A stretch of 63,937 bases of DNA from an uncultured Chromatiales bacterium (GTDB lineage Bacteria > Pseudomonadota > Gammaproteobacteria > RBG-16-57-12), in the NCBI GenBank assembly GCA_964557295.1, contig CAZKZP010000008.1, positions 22,897 to 86,833 of the forward strand. The letters are read 5' to 3'. The position numbers and the translations under genes are program-made. Below, piece after piece: positions 1 through 9,207 of the stretch. Below the pieces are notes generated by a model. The model saw only the letters and a program-made list of their open reading frames with translations. It ran no database searches and was not told the DNA's origin. How positions within the stretch are numbered: the stretch's first letter is position 1; every line of letters starts with the position of its first letter.

Positions 1-1308
1 ACCGGCATTCTCGGCTGGGAACGCGAAAGCGCGGGCAAAGCCGCCGGAATTCGCCAACTCCTTCCAGAATGGACTGTTGCGTTCGAGTTCGAAATATGAA
101 AATCCAGAGTGATACGGAATCTGTCGGGGAGCCACTGCCAATGGCCGGATGATGATTCCCGGCATGGCCGCATTGACGAGCTGACGGATGCGTTCGACCG
201 GGCCAATCTTGATCTGCGCAGGCAGAAGTGTGCGAATGGTGTTTTCGGGTACATCGGCCCGCACTGCCAGGACAAACGACGCGCTGGTCAACAAACTGCG
301 ATCGTCGATCTGCGCCACGCGGATGCCGAATTTTTTCTCTACCAGCATGAGCGATACCGCGGTCTGTTCATACACCATGCTCAAGCACTGACGCAATGTC
401 GCGATTATCGGTGTGAACGTCAGTTGCAGTTTGTCGTGCAGATACGGTTGAAACAGCGGCGGCCGCTTGTTTTTCATCACAAAGGTCGAGAGCTCACCCA
501 CCATCTGCAACAACTCATGATACAACTGCAAGGGATGCAATCCCTTGAGTTGCGACATGTGGGTGGCCAGCGGTTCGAGCCGGTTCACGACTTGCAACAA
601 CATGTAATCGGCGATTTCCGCCGTGCCGCCCCGTTGGGTATCCGCCAACCGCCCGGCGATGGACTCGCCCCGATGATGCAACAGCCCGACCAGCTCTGAG
701 AGAAAACCGGACAGGCGTGGCGAAGCCGCGCAATCGAGGCACGTCGCGATATATTGGTTGTCCAGCACGACATTCCGGTCTTCACGCGCCTCGCTGACGC
801 GCACCAACCCGATACTGGTGTAACCGCTTTGGTCATCGGATTCCAGCAGCAGTCGCACCCGCGGTTTGCCGATGTCGAGCGTCACCGAGTCGCCGCCGTC
901 AACGGACGTGTCGCGGACCTCGATTTTGGTGCAGGAATAGCGCGCCGCCCCTTGAATATCATCATCAGACAGGATCTCTACGGCACCGGGACGACGCACC
1001 GGCAAGGCCAAGCACACGATGGTGTTATGAGTATTGGCGGGCACCTCGAATACCGGCGGTGGATCATCCCGGTCAGGAATACTGAATGGCGTGCCATCCG
1101 GAAAAACACCTCTGGCGCTCAAAAGCGATATCTTGCCGAGCTTCAGCAGTTGTTCATCGATCTGGAATTCATGCACACCCCAAGCAAAGGCGCCATAGGC
1201 CGAGCACTTGCCGTCAATATAACGCTCGATATAGCGCTCTTGCTGCTGGAAATGCTGTGGATTTAGAAACATCCCCTCTGACCATACTACCTTGCTGTCC
1301 AATGACAT
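1..1308 (-). CDS. tssK: Type VI secretion baseplate protein TssK; C-terminal part lies beyond the left edge
   Basis: Reverse-strand translation from ATG (1308-1306) reads MSLDSKVVWSEGMFLNPQHFQQQERYIERY..., the hallmark TssK N-terminus. The frame stays open to position 1 (436 codons). It is missing from the ORF track because it has no stop in the window. The + strand ORFs 109-699 and 754-1266 are its antisense shadows. Confidence 0.85.
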   Translation of the reverse strand, partial: MSLDSKVVWSEGMFLNPQHFQQQERYIERYIDGKCSAYGAFAWGVHEFQIDEQLLKLGKISLLSARGVFPDGTPFSIPDRDDPPPVFEVPANTHNTIVCLALPVRRPGAVEILSDDDIQGAARYSCTKIEVRDTSVDGGDSVTLDIGKPRVRLLLESDDQSGYTSIGLVRVSEAREDRNVVLDNQYIATCLDCAASPRLSGFLSELVGLLHHRGESIAGRLADTQRGGTAEIADYMLLQVVNRLEPLATHMSQLKGLHPLQLYHELLQMVGELSTFVMKNKRPPLFQPYLHDKLQLTFTPIIATLRQCLSMVYEQTAVSLMLVEKKFGIRVAQIDDRSLLTSASFVLAVRADVPENTIRTLLPAQIKIGPVERIRQLVNAAMPGIIIRPLAVAPRQIPYHSGFSYFELERNSPFWKELANSGGFARAFAFPAENAG

Positions 1309-1331
1309 AGTCGCCGCCTGCGATAGATTTA

Positions 1332-1835
1332 TTATTCACTTACGATACTGATTGAGTTGCCAGATATTTTGATTTTAGCTGAGGTCGTCACCACATTGTT
1401 GGTCACCACGGGAATGATCACTTTGTAATTTGAATTATCGTAGCGCAGAAATTCTGCGAACAAGCCAACTGCCTGGGTACTCTTATCCAGCACGAAACTC
1501 AGCTCAACATCTTCTCCGGGCCTGATGCGCTTCAGCTGCTGTTTGGCGAGCATGTCGCCACCCAATACTTCCTTGTCGCGCTCAAACAATTCCAGGAACG
1601 AGGCGCGTTCAAACACCTTGGCAGACTTGAGTTCATAGAATCGAATAAACAACGGCGCAGGCGTCTTTTGGTCATCCGGGTTGATATCGGGCGCCACGTC
1701 GAAAGACAGCTTGAGATCCGTATCCAGATTGAGCGTCTTCCCTACCTTGCTGTTGACGGTGGAACATGACGGCAGTAACAGCACCAACAGCGCGACTGCC
1801 GCCCATTTGCATAACTTTATCTGCGTGGAATACAT
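1332..1835 (-). CDS. tssJ: Type VI secretion outer-membrane lipoprotein TssJ (SciN/VasD family)
   Basis: 167-aa ORF with signal peptide and lipobox (LVLLLPSC). It has the DINPDD...PLFIRFYELKS...F..ASFLELF pattern typical of TssJ and sits between tagH and tssK. Confidence 0.8.
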   Translation of the reverse strand: MYSTQIKLCKWAAVALLVLLLPSCSTVNSKVGKTLNLDTDLKLSFDVAPDINPDDQKTPAPLFIRFYELKSAKVFERASFLELFERDKEVLGGDMLAKQQLKRIRPGEDVELSFVLDKSTQAVGLFAEFLRYDNSNYKVIIPVVTNNVVTTSAKIKISGNSISIVSE

Positions 1836-1852
1836 GAATGCGCCCTGATCAC

Positions 1853-3364
1853 TTAAAGTGAGTTGCCTTTGTCCTTGCGCGCCGCCTTGCGCGAGATCAT
1901 CAACTTCTGCATCTGATTCTCGTAGGCCTGCACAAAATCGTAACCAAACAAATGCTGGAATGAGTTGTCCATATTGTTCACCAGATCCTGATGAAACTCC
2001 TTGTAGGCATCCCAGTTCTTGCCCTTCTGACCTACCTTGAGGACGCCGCCGCGGTATTTTTCAAAACGCTTTTCGAGCGCCTCCGGATCCAGGCGATCAA
2101 TCATGCCGCGGAACGCCGCTTGTATGCCGGCCAGAACGGCCACCTGATGTTCCGCGATCCCCTGAAAACTCTCCCGCACCGCCTCAATTGGTTTTTGGTA
2201 GGCCCGGTTATCCTTGAGAAACATGTTTTCGAGCGCATCCTCGAGGTTGGCGGAAAATTTCAGAGGATTGTTTTCCACTGGCTGTATGGTCGTGACATTG
2301 ATGCGGAATTCCTCCTTGATGCGCTTGCGAAAACTCAATACCTGCATCAGGCCGGCGACCGCCTCGCGGATCAACTCCCCCGACATCCGGGTGATTTCCA
2401 GCATTTTCTGCTCACTCATGCTGTTCACATCCAGCCCCATGGCCGCGATCAACTCCTTGTCGAGGGAAGACAGCGCGCGCACCGCCGCGGATTGGGCCTG
2501 CGGTCCTTGCGGGGTCTTCGATTGCTGCCGGAGGCTGGCAAGTTCTGCGAGCAAGCGTTTGTTTTCCTCTTCGAGTACCTTACGGGCTTGCTCGGAATGA
2601 ATCAGCCGGTCCAGGAGTTCAGCACTCCCGCCCATGGCTTCCGCTGGCTTGGGTTGGATCGGTATTGGCCTCGACAACGAGGCGGACGCCTCGGCGGGTG
2701 CATAATCATCTCTGTCCCAATCCTCAGGGATCGCGCTGGGCCAGCTGACCGCCTGACTCAGAGGATCGGCAGAATCACCCTGCGTGCTGCGAAATTCGAA
2801 ACTGCTCGGACTGGCGGAACTGCCGTAGCAGTTGGCCCTGTCCAGCGCCGCGAGCGGATCGGTCTCTTCATGGATCGGACCAAAGGGAGTCGCGGCAACA
2901 TGCACTGGCCTGTCCAACGGGGCTGCAAACGGATCATCATGACTCAGAGGACTACCTGCGCCTTGAGGAAACGGCAAGGCTGATGCGCTATCAAAGGGAC
3001 TCGCGCCATAGGGATCATGCAAATTGGCGAAGGTCGCCGCCCCCTCGCGGATCGTGACCAGAAATTCATAATCGCTCAGGGCGAAGCGATCGCCGTCCTT
3101 GAGCGCGATTCGATTGCCGCTGCCCAAGGGCTCATTCGAGCCATTATGAAATGTGCCATTCGTGCTGATGTCGACCAAGTAATACTGACCGCTGTCATAA
3201 CGAATCTCGGCGTGCCGTGACGACATGTAACGGTTGGGATCATCCAGGACCCAGGTATTGTCTGCACCACGTCCTATGGTGCCACCGAGCTCGGTAAAAA
3301 CATGGGATGGTTTATTATAATTGGCACTGCGTGGTGCCTTGGAAATCGTTATCTCAATCGGCAT
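1853..3364 (-). CDS. tagH: T6SS-associated FHA-domain protein TagH (Fha)
   Basis: 503 aa. N-terminal FHA domain (GRGADNTWVLDDPNRYMSSRHAEIRYDSGQYYLVDISTNGTFHNG), then a Pro/Ala/Ser-rich linker and a conserved C-terminal region. It is the first gene of the minus-strand T6SS operon. Confidence 0.85.
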   Translation of the reverse strand: MPIEITISKAPRSANYNKPSHVFTELGGTIGRGADNTWVLDDPNRYMSSRHAEIRYDSGQYYLVDISTNGTFHNGSNEPLGSGNRIALKDGDRFALSDYEFLVTIREGAATFANLHDPYGASPFDSASALPFPQGAGSPLSHDDPFAAPLDRPVHVAATPFGPIHEETDPLAALDRANCYGSSASPSSFEFRSTQGDSADPLSQAVSWPSAIPEDWDRDDYAPAEASASLSRPIPIQPKPAEAMGGSAELLDRLIHSEQARKVLEEENKRLLAELASLRQQSKTPQGPQAQSAAVRALSSLDKELIAAMGLDVNSMSEQKMLEITRMSGELIREAVAGLMQVLSFRKRIKEEFRINVTTIQPVENNPLKFSANLEDALENMFLKDNRAYQKPIEAVRESFQGIAEHQVAVLAGIQAAFRGMIDRLDPEALEKRFEKYRGGVLKVGQKGKNWDAYKEFHQDLVNNMDNSFQHLFGYDFVQAYENQMQKLMISRKAARKDKGNSL

Positions 3365-3590
3365 ACAAGATTCAGTCCCTCACTTAAAGTCGATCGATAT
3401 ATCCCTGTAAAACATCATCTTTTGCTTGGATGGTGCTGCGGCGCGCAACAGTATAGCAGGGCCGGCGGCGACTATGACAGTCTCGCCGAGCTGAAACAAC
3501 CGCATAGTCAAATATAATAAAAAATGTGAGTATATAGAAAGTCTCTGTATTATTATAGAAAAATGAGCAATCGCCAGCCGCACCGAGCGA

Positions 3591-3637
3591 TGCCACCGAT
3601 TTCGATCGCAGTAAGCCATTGAAAAGGAAGGACGGTC
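3591..3637 (+). repeat. Partial copy (C) of the intergenic repeat family also present at 12141-12313 and 41717-41849
   Basis: tgccaccgatttcgatcgcagtaagccattgaaaaggaagga aligns at ~80% (about 37/46 by hand) with tgccgccatcttcgatgggcaataagccattgaaaatgaaggaagg of copy A. That includes an identical 14-mer, taagccattgaaaa. Confidence 0.6.
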
Positions 3638-3729
3638 ATTCGCGCAATGCGCTACATGAGATGGGGTCAGCGGTCGAACTCAGGAGTACTTGGCGCCACC
3701 AAGATACTTTACAGCGCAACGCGAATGAC
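3635..3729. other. Long imperfect hairpin with a nested inner hairpin; function unknown
   Basis: gtcattcgcg (3635-3644) pairs with cgcgaatgac (3720-3729), and tgcgct (3648-3653) pairs with agcgca (3713-3718). The inner stem-loop is agtacttgg-cgcca-ccaagatact (3685-3708). It starts exactly where repeat copy C diverges from copies A and B. Confidence 0.4.
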
Positions 3730-3922
3730 ATATAAAGTATTACAAATTCAGTACTTATGTGCGCTTCGCAATATTCTCGGCATGACGACCAACAAGGTAA
3801 TGGCCGGGGGCCAGGCCAACTGCTGTCGAGTGTATTAGGCGATCGGCTGATAGATGGAAAAACGTTTTACTACTGATGCTGAACCCAAGACTAAACGTAA
3901 TAATTAAGGACAAGACTACACA

Positions 3923-5029
3923 ATGCCATCACCCTCGCTAGTCGACATCAGCAGCTTGCTAGAGCCGGTGTCGTTGGAAAATGCGGCAGGTGCGGATCCC
4001 CGGAAGGATCTTTCACATACATCTGCTTATTCGATTGCGCGGGAGGCCCGCCAATCGGCCCGAGCAGTTGAACGTACCAGTCTATTCGATAACAAGACTT
4101 CCCAGGCGGATGAGCATTGGCGCAAGGTCCTTGATATCGCCCCCAAGATTCTCAAAACCCAGGCGAAAGACCTCGAAGTGGCCTGCTGGTATACCGAAGC
4201 CTTGATACGCAAGGCCGGCTTCCAGGGGTTGCGCGATGGATTTGAAGTCATCCGCGCACTCATCGATAACTATTGGAGCGATCTCTATCCGCTTCCCGAT
4301 GATGATGGCATCGAAACGCGGGTTGCCCCGATTGCCGGTCTGAATGGCGAAGGCGCCGAGGGTGTACTGCTGGCGCCCATACGCAGCACCTTCCTGACCG
4401 AAAACACCCAACATGGCCAATACTCATTTTGGCAATACAAACAGGCGCTGGACGTCCAGCGCATCACCGATGAGATCGCCCGTTCGGAACAGACGGCTAA
4501 ACTCGGTTTTTCACTCGCGGACATCCAGAAGGCGATCGACGAATCCAGCCAACAGTTTTTTGTTGATCTGCGTGATGACCTCAGTCAGTGCCTGGAATTG
4601 TATCGCCTGATCAGCCAAATGCTCAGTGAATACTGTGGCGCGCGGCATGCGCCCCCGGCCAGCAACATTATCAGTCAGCTGGAAGAAACACTCGGCATCG
4701 TCAACCATGTGGCAAAGCATAAGCTGCCGGCGGCCGTCGTTGCACAAGCCGTGGCGGAGTCCCCTATCACCCCCTCCCCCGCCGCGACATCCGGCCCGGT
4801 AAAGTCCCGCGAGGAGGCGTTCCGCCAGCTCCAGCATATCGCGATATTTTTCCGCGATACCGAGCCGCATTCGCCGGTCTCCTACTTGCTCGACAAGGCC
4901 GTCAAATGGGGCAACTTGCCGTTGGGTGAATTGATCCGGGAACTTATCCCCGATCCCCAAGCACGTGAAGTGTACAGTTCGTTAACAGGGGTAGTGACAG
5001 AAAGCAACACACCGCAACACGGAGAATGA
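3923..5029 (+). CDS. tssA: Type VI secretion protein TssA (ImpA N-terminal domain family)
   Basis: 368 aa. The N-terminus ISSLLEPVSLENAAGADPRKDLSHTSAYSIAREARQ matches the ImpA_N pattern. It is the first gene of the plus-strand T6SS operon, directly upstream of tssB. Confidence 0.8.
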   Translation: MPSPSLVDISSLLEPVSLENAAGADPRKDLSHTSAYSIAREARQSARAVERTSLFDNKTSQADEHWRKVLDIAPKILKTQAKDLEVACWYTEALIRKAGFQGLRDGFEVIRALIDNYWSDLYPLPDDDGIETRVAPIAGLNGEGAEGVLLAPIRSTFLTENTQHGQYSFWQYKQALDVQRITDEIARSEQTAKLGFSLADIQKAIDESSQQFFVDLRDDLSQCLELYRLISQMLSEYCGARHAPPASNIISQLEETLGIVNHVAKHKLPAAVVAQAVAESPITPSPAATSGPVKSREEAFRQLQHIAIFFRDTEPHSPVSYLLDKAVKWGNLPLGELIRELIPDPQAREVYSSLTGVVTESNTPQHGE

Positions 5030-5097
5030 GCGCGGGACATGACCAGGTTATCATACCGCACGTTATTTAATTCAGATAAGCGTAGGAGAAAACAAGT

Positions 5098-5622
5098 ATG
5101 ACGGACAGCATCCATGACAAACTGAAGCGTGTAAGGAAACCACGCGTTCACATTACCTATGACGTTGAAACCAACGGCGTCGCCACCAAGAAGGAAATCC
5201 CCTTCGTCATGGGAGTGATGGGGGATTACTCGGGTGATAACGTCGACAATAAAAAGTCCCTCAAGGATCGCAAGTTCTCGCAAATCGACCGGGACAACTT
5301 CAATGACGTCATGACAACCGTCGCACCACAGCTCAACATGAAAGTGGATAACACGTTGGCCGGCGACGGCAGCCAGATGGCGGTGAACCTCAATTTCAAC
5401 AGCATGGAAGACTTCGAGCCGCACAAGGTCGTGGAACAGGTGGAGCCGTTGCAAAAATTGCTGGAGACGCGCAACAAGCTGCGCGATCTGCTCACCAAGG
5501 CCGATCGTTCCGACAAACTCGAAGCGGTGCTCGAAGAAATTCTCAGCAACACCAAGGCGATGCAGGCCCTGTCAAGTGAGCTTGGCGTCAGCGGCGACAG
5601 CAAGGACAAAGGTGATAAATAA
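5098..5622 (+). CDS. tssB: T6SS contractile sheath small subunit TssB (VipA)
   Basis: 174 aa with the typical [12 protein letters not shown]...[15 protein letters not shown] motif. Its stop overlaps the tssC start (TAATG at 5620-5624). Confidence 0.95.
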   Translation: MTDSIHDKLKRVRKPRVHITYDVETNGVATKKEIPFVMGVMGDYSGDNVDNKKSLKDRKFSQIDRDNFNDVMTTVAPQLNMKVDNTLAGDGSQMAVNLNFNSMEDFEPHKVVEQVEPLQKLLETRNKLRDLLTKADRSDKLEAVLEEILSNTKAMQALSSELGVSGDSKDKGDK

Positions 5623-7112
5623 TGAGCTCAAAAGAACAGTTTGAATCCAAAGAAGCGAAAGTCGAGGAAGTCAGCTTCCTCGAGCAGGCCATCTCGGCCA
5701 CCAAACAGACTCCCCGGGATGAAACCGAAGAGCTGTTAAAGGCGCTTACCCAGGAAGCGCTCAAAGGCACGGTGCAATGGGACAAAAATCTCACCGTCAC
5801 CATCACAAACGCCATTGCCGCGATCGATCGGGCCATGTCCAAGCAGCTCTCGGTCATCATGAAGCATGAGAAATTCCAGAAACTGGAAGGCTCGTGGCGC
5901 GGACTGCACTACCTGACCAACAATTCCGAAACCAGCTCACAGCTGAAGATCCGCATGCTCAACATCAGCAAGAAAGAGGTGGCAAAGGATCTGGAAAAGG
6001 CTGTGGAGTTCGATCAAAGCCAACTGTTCAAGAAAATTTATGAAAGCGAATTTGGTATCGCCGGCGGCGAACCCTATAGCGCCATCATCGGAGACTATGA
6101 GTTCTCCTCGCACCCGGATGATGTCAATCTGCTGACGAACATCTCCAACATCGCCGCAGCAGGATTCTGTCCCTTCATTACCGCTTCGTCACCCAAGATG
6201 TTTGGCTTCGAGGATTTTACCGAACTGTCCAAACCGCGCGACCTGGAAAAAATCTTCCAATCGGCGGAGTACGTCAAGTGGCGCAGCTTCCGCGACAGCG
6301 AGGACTCGCGCTTTGTCGTCCTGACCATGCCCCGCGTGCTGGCGCGACTTCCTTACGGCCAGCACAGCAAACCGGTCGAGGAGTTCAATTTCGAGGAAGG
6401 CCGTGTCGATGCCTCAGGCCGCCAGCTCCAGCGCGAACATGACGATTACTGCTGGATGAACGCCTCCTATGCCATGGGTGTAACCCTGACGCGCGCATTT
6501 GCCGAAACCGGCTGGTGCACCACGATTCGCGGCGCGGAGGGTGGCGGCAAAGTACAAGGTCTGCCCAGCCATGTATTTACGAGTGACGATGGCGACGTGG
6601 ACCAAAAATGCCCGACCGAAATCGGCATTACCGATCGGCGCGAAGCGGAGCTGAGCAAGCTAGGTTTCTTGCCATTGTGCCATTACAAAAACACCGATTA
6701 CGCGGTGTTTTTCGGCGCGCAGACGGCGCAGAAGCCCAAAAAGTTCGATGATCCCGATTCGTCCGCGAATGCCGAGATTTCAGCACGCCTGCCCTACATC
6801 ATGGCGACGGCCCGCATCGCCCACTTCCTCAAAGTGATGGCGCGCGACAAGGTCGGCTCATTCATGGAAGCCGCCGATGCGGAACACTGGCTGAATAATT
6901 GGATATCCACGTATGTGAATGCCAATCCATCAGCAAGTCCCGAGATGAAAGCGCGGTTCCCGCTGGCCGAGGCTCGGGTTGAAGTCAAAGAAATTCCCGG
7001 CCAGCCCGGCGTATACAGCGCAATTGCCTGGCTGCGCCCTTGGCTGCAAATGGAAGAACTGACAGCCTCGCTGCGCCTGGTGGCCAACATACCCAAAGCA
7101 GGGGGCGGTTAA
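5622..7112 (+). CDS. tssC: T6SS contractile sheath large subunit TssC (VipB/EvpB family)
   Basis: 496 aa with conserved blocks [47 protein letters not shown] and [10 protein letters not shown]. It is translationally coupled to tssB. Confidence 0.95.
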   Translation: MSSKEQFESKEAKVEEVSFLEQAISATKQTPRDETEELLKALTQEALKGTVQWDKNLTVTITNAIAAIDRAMSKQLSVIMKHEKFQKLEGSWRGLHYLTNNSETSSQLKIRMLNISKKEVAKDLEKAVEFDQSQLFKKIYESEFGIAGGEPYSAIIGDYEFSSHPDDVNLLTNISNIAAAGFCPFITASSPKMFGFEDFTELSKPRDLEKIFQSAEYVKWRSFRDSEDSRFVVLTMPRVLARLPYGQHSKPVEEFNFEEGRVDASGRQLQREHDDYCWMNASYAMGVTLTRAFAETGWCTTIRGAEGGGKVQGLPSHVFTSDDGDVDQKCPTEIGITDRREAELSKLGFLPLCHYKNTDYAVFFGAQTAQKPKKFDDPDSSANAEISARLPYIMATARIAHFLKVMARDKVGSFMEAADAEHWLNNWISTYVNANPSASPEMKARFPLAEARVEVKEIPGQPGVYSAIAWLRPWLQMEELTASLRLVANIPKAGGG

Positions 7113-7154
7113 CGGCAGTATCTCGGACCCAGGGACGGGTCCGTAACCCGTGCA

Positions 7155-8684
7155 ATGCAGATATCTAACTCTCAAACTCTTGGCACACATATGAGTGTGG
7201 CTGGTCATCGCGGTATGCTGGACTTCATTCTTGACCAGAAATCCTACGTCACCAATCTCGATCAATTTCTAGCGGAACATGATAATGCGCGCGCCTTGTC
7301 GTACTGGATGCGCGAATTCGTGCCCACTGGCGTTATCAAAAAATCGGCTGACATCACCTACGCCATCGATCGCGCAATCGCCGAGATTGATCAACTCATC
7401 AGTGAGCAGGTCAATGCAATTTTGCACCATCCAAGATTTCAGAAACTGGAAGCGTCCTGGCGTGGACTGTGGTATCTGATCGAACAGGCTGACGGCACAC
7501 AGAATATCAAAATCAAGATGCTGGATATCAACTGGGCAGAGATCTCAAAGGACATTGCCCGCGCACTGGAATTCGATCAGAGCAATCTGTTCCAAAAAAT
7601 ATACAGTGAAGAATTCGGCACAGCGGGCGGGGAACCCTATGGAGTGCTGATAGGTGACTATGAAATCAGTCACCGCACCTCGGAAAAGCACCCCTACGAT
7701 GACATCGCCACCTTGGAGGGATTGGCGCAAATTGCCGCCGCTTCGTTCGCGCCTTTCATCACTGCCGCCTCCTGTGAGTTGTTTGGCATGACTAGCTTTT
7801 CAGGATTGGGCGTACCAATCAAGCTGGAGAACATCTTCAAACAATCCGAATATATTCGGTGGAACTCCTTCCGTGAGAAAGCCGATACACGCTTTGTCGG
7901 CATTGTCGCTCCGCGGATCTTGATGCGGCGCCCTTACCCAACTACGCCCGGCAGTTATAAAGGCGTGTACTTCCATGAACAGTGTGCCGCAACAGATCAG
8001 AGCCAATACCTCTGGGGCAATGCTGCCTATGCATTCGGCGCCATTCTGATCCGTGAATTTGCCAGTATTGGCTGGTTTGGTCACATCCGCGGCGTGCCGC
8101 GCGATTATCTCGCTGGCGGATTGGTCACCACCATCCCCGTTGATTATTTCGAAACTGATGCTGGTCATCTTGCGCCAAAGCCTGTGACCGATGTGATTAT
8201 CACGGATGCTGTTGAAAAAGAGATGAGCGAACTTGGCTTCATTCCACTGTGCCACTGCTATCAGACCACTTACGCAGCCTTTTTCAACAACCAGTCCGCG
8301 CATCAACCAAAATTATTTGGCAGCGATGAGGGCAGAATCAATGCCAAGCTCGCCTCCATGCTGCAACATGTACTGTGCGCCTCGCGTATAGCGCACTACA
8401 TTAAAATCATCATTCGCGACAAAATTGGATCTTTACTGACAGCCCAAGACTGCGAGGATTATCTTCGTGACTGGTTATTCAAATACACGACCAGCCGCGA
8501 AGACATGGCATGGCCAGACCAAGCACAATACCCTTTGCGTGAAGCATCCGTTCAAGTCAAAGAACACCCGGTGAAACAAGGGCAGTTTATGTGCGTTATC
8601 CACTTGAAACCGCACTATCAGCTTGACAATATGGTGACGGAGCTGGAACTCGTCACCGAACTGGCAAATTGGACCAGCAAATGA
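7155..8684 (+). CDS. tssC: Second, divergent TssC-family sheath paralogue occupying the position usually held by hcp
   Basis: 509 aa sharing the same conserved blocks as the upstream TssC (FQKLEASWRGLWYL, EFDQSNLFQKIYSEEFGTAGGEPYGVLIGDYEI, FAPFITAASC). The N- and C-termini are clearly different. The start could alternatively be the ATG at 7191. Confidence 0.85.
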   Translation: MQISNSQTLGTHMSVAGHRGMLDFILDQKSYVTNLDQFLAEHDNARALSYWMREFVPTGVIKKSADITYAIDRAIAEIDQLISEQVNAILHHPRFQKLEASWRGLWYLIEQADGTQNIKIKMLDINWAEISKDIARALEFDQSNLFQKIYSEEFGTAGGEPYGVLIGDYEISHRTSEKHPYDDIATLEGLAQIAAASFAPFITAASCELFGMTSFSGLGVPIKLENIFKQSEYIRWNSFREKADTRFVGIVAPRILMRRPYPTTPGSYKGVYFHEQCAATDQSQYLWGNAAYAFGAILIREFASIGWFGHIRGVPRDYLAGGLVTTIPVDYFETDAGHLAPKPVTDVIITDAVEKEMSELGFIPLCHCYQTTYAAFFNNQSAHQPKLFGSDEGRINAKLASMLQHVLCASRIAHYIKIIIRDKIGSLLTAQDCEDYLRDWLFKYTTSREDMAWPDQAQYPLREASVQVKEHPVKQGQFMCVIHLKPHYQLDNMVTELELVTELANWTSK

Positions 8685-9178
8685 GACGGGTAGACAAAAA
8701 AAGAAAGCTGCGTCCCTCCATCTTGGATCGGTTGATCGATAATGAGCCACACAACCAAGTGGAGGTGGATCTGGGACGTAACCAATACGTCCGGGAATTG
8801 CGCGAGAGCGTCAAGCGTGATCTCGAAAACCTGCTGAATACCCGGTATCACGTGCAACAACCGCCGGACGAACTCAATGAGCTGCAACAATCGTTGTTAA
8901 ATTACGGCATGCCGGACCTGGCAACGCTCAATATCAACGACATTGCCAAGCGCAATGAATTTACCTTCCGCCTGGAAGAAACGCTGCGCGCATTTGAACC
9001 CCGCTTCAAAAGCGTCAAGGTAAGCTTCAACGAAAACAATGACAGCACCGAGCGTACCCTGCGCTTCCGGATTGATGCTGTCATGTATGCCGATCCGGCG
9101 CCAGAAGCCGTCACCTTCGACTCCGTCATGGAATCGGTGACCCGCACCATTACGATCAATGAAATAAACAACGGATAA
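8681..9178 (+). CDS. tssE: T6SS baseplate protein TssE (gp25-like)
   Basis: The ORF-track start at 8669 is a TTG. The ATG at 8681 overlaps the tssC' stop (ATGA). LRPSILDRLIDNEP...LRESVKRDLENLLNTR is the typical TssE/GPW_gp25 signature. Confidence 0.85.
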   Translation: MRRVDKKRKLRPSILDRLIDNEPHNQVEVDLGRNQYVRELRESVKRDLENLLNTRYHVQQPPDELNELQQSLLNYGMPDLATLNINDIAKRNEFTFRLEETLRAFEPRFKSVKVSFNENNDSTERTLRFRIDAVMYADPAPEAVTFDSVMESVTRTITINEINNG

Positions 9179-9207
9179 CCGATCCGTTCATATGAGATGC
9201 AAACACC

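Larger units (their letters stand above)
3365..3922. promoter_or_regulatory. Divergent control region between tagH and tssA (558 bp, AT-rich; promoters not mapped)
   Basis: Positional call: the only long non-coding gap between the two divergent T6SS operons. It contains a partial repeat copy and a nested hairpin (listed separately). I found no convincing sigma-54 GG-N10-GC element by eye. Confidence 0.5.

Noticed and set aside
109-1266. Plus-strand ORFs 109-699 (196 aa) and 754-1266 (170 aa)
   Set aside because: They are antisense shadows of tssK. The minus-strand frame is open from 1308 to the window edge and translates to an unmistakable TssK sequence. The plus-strand products are Arg/His/Gln-rich with no recognisable motifs.
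1991-2983. 330-aa plus-strand ORF
   Set aside because: It lies entirely antisense to tagH. Its composition is typical of a reverse-frame artefact, and it would overlap a well-supported FHA protein.
3647-3838. 63-aa plus-strand ORF in the T6SS divergent spacer
   Set aside because: It has no SD, overlaps the long hairpin, and has an unremarkable composition. The region is treated as non-coding regulatory sequence.
3365-3922. Sigma-54 (-24/-12) promoter for the T6SS operons
   Set aside because: I looked for TGGCAC-N5-TTGC-like GG-N10-GC spacing by eye and found no convincing match. This cannot be excluded without a matrix scan.
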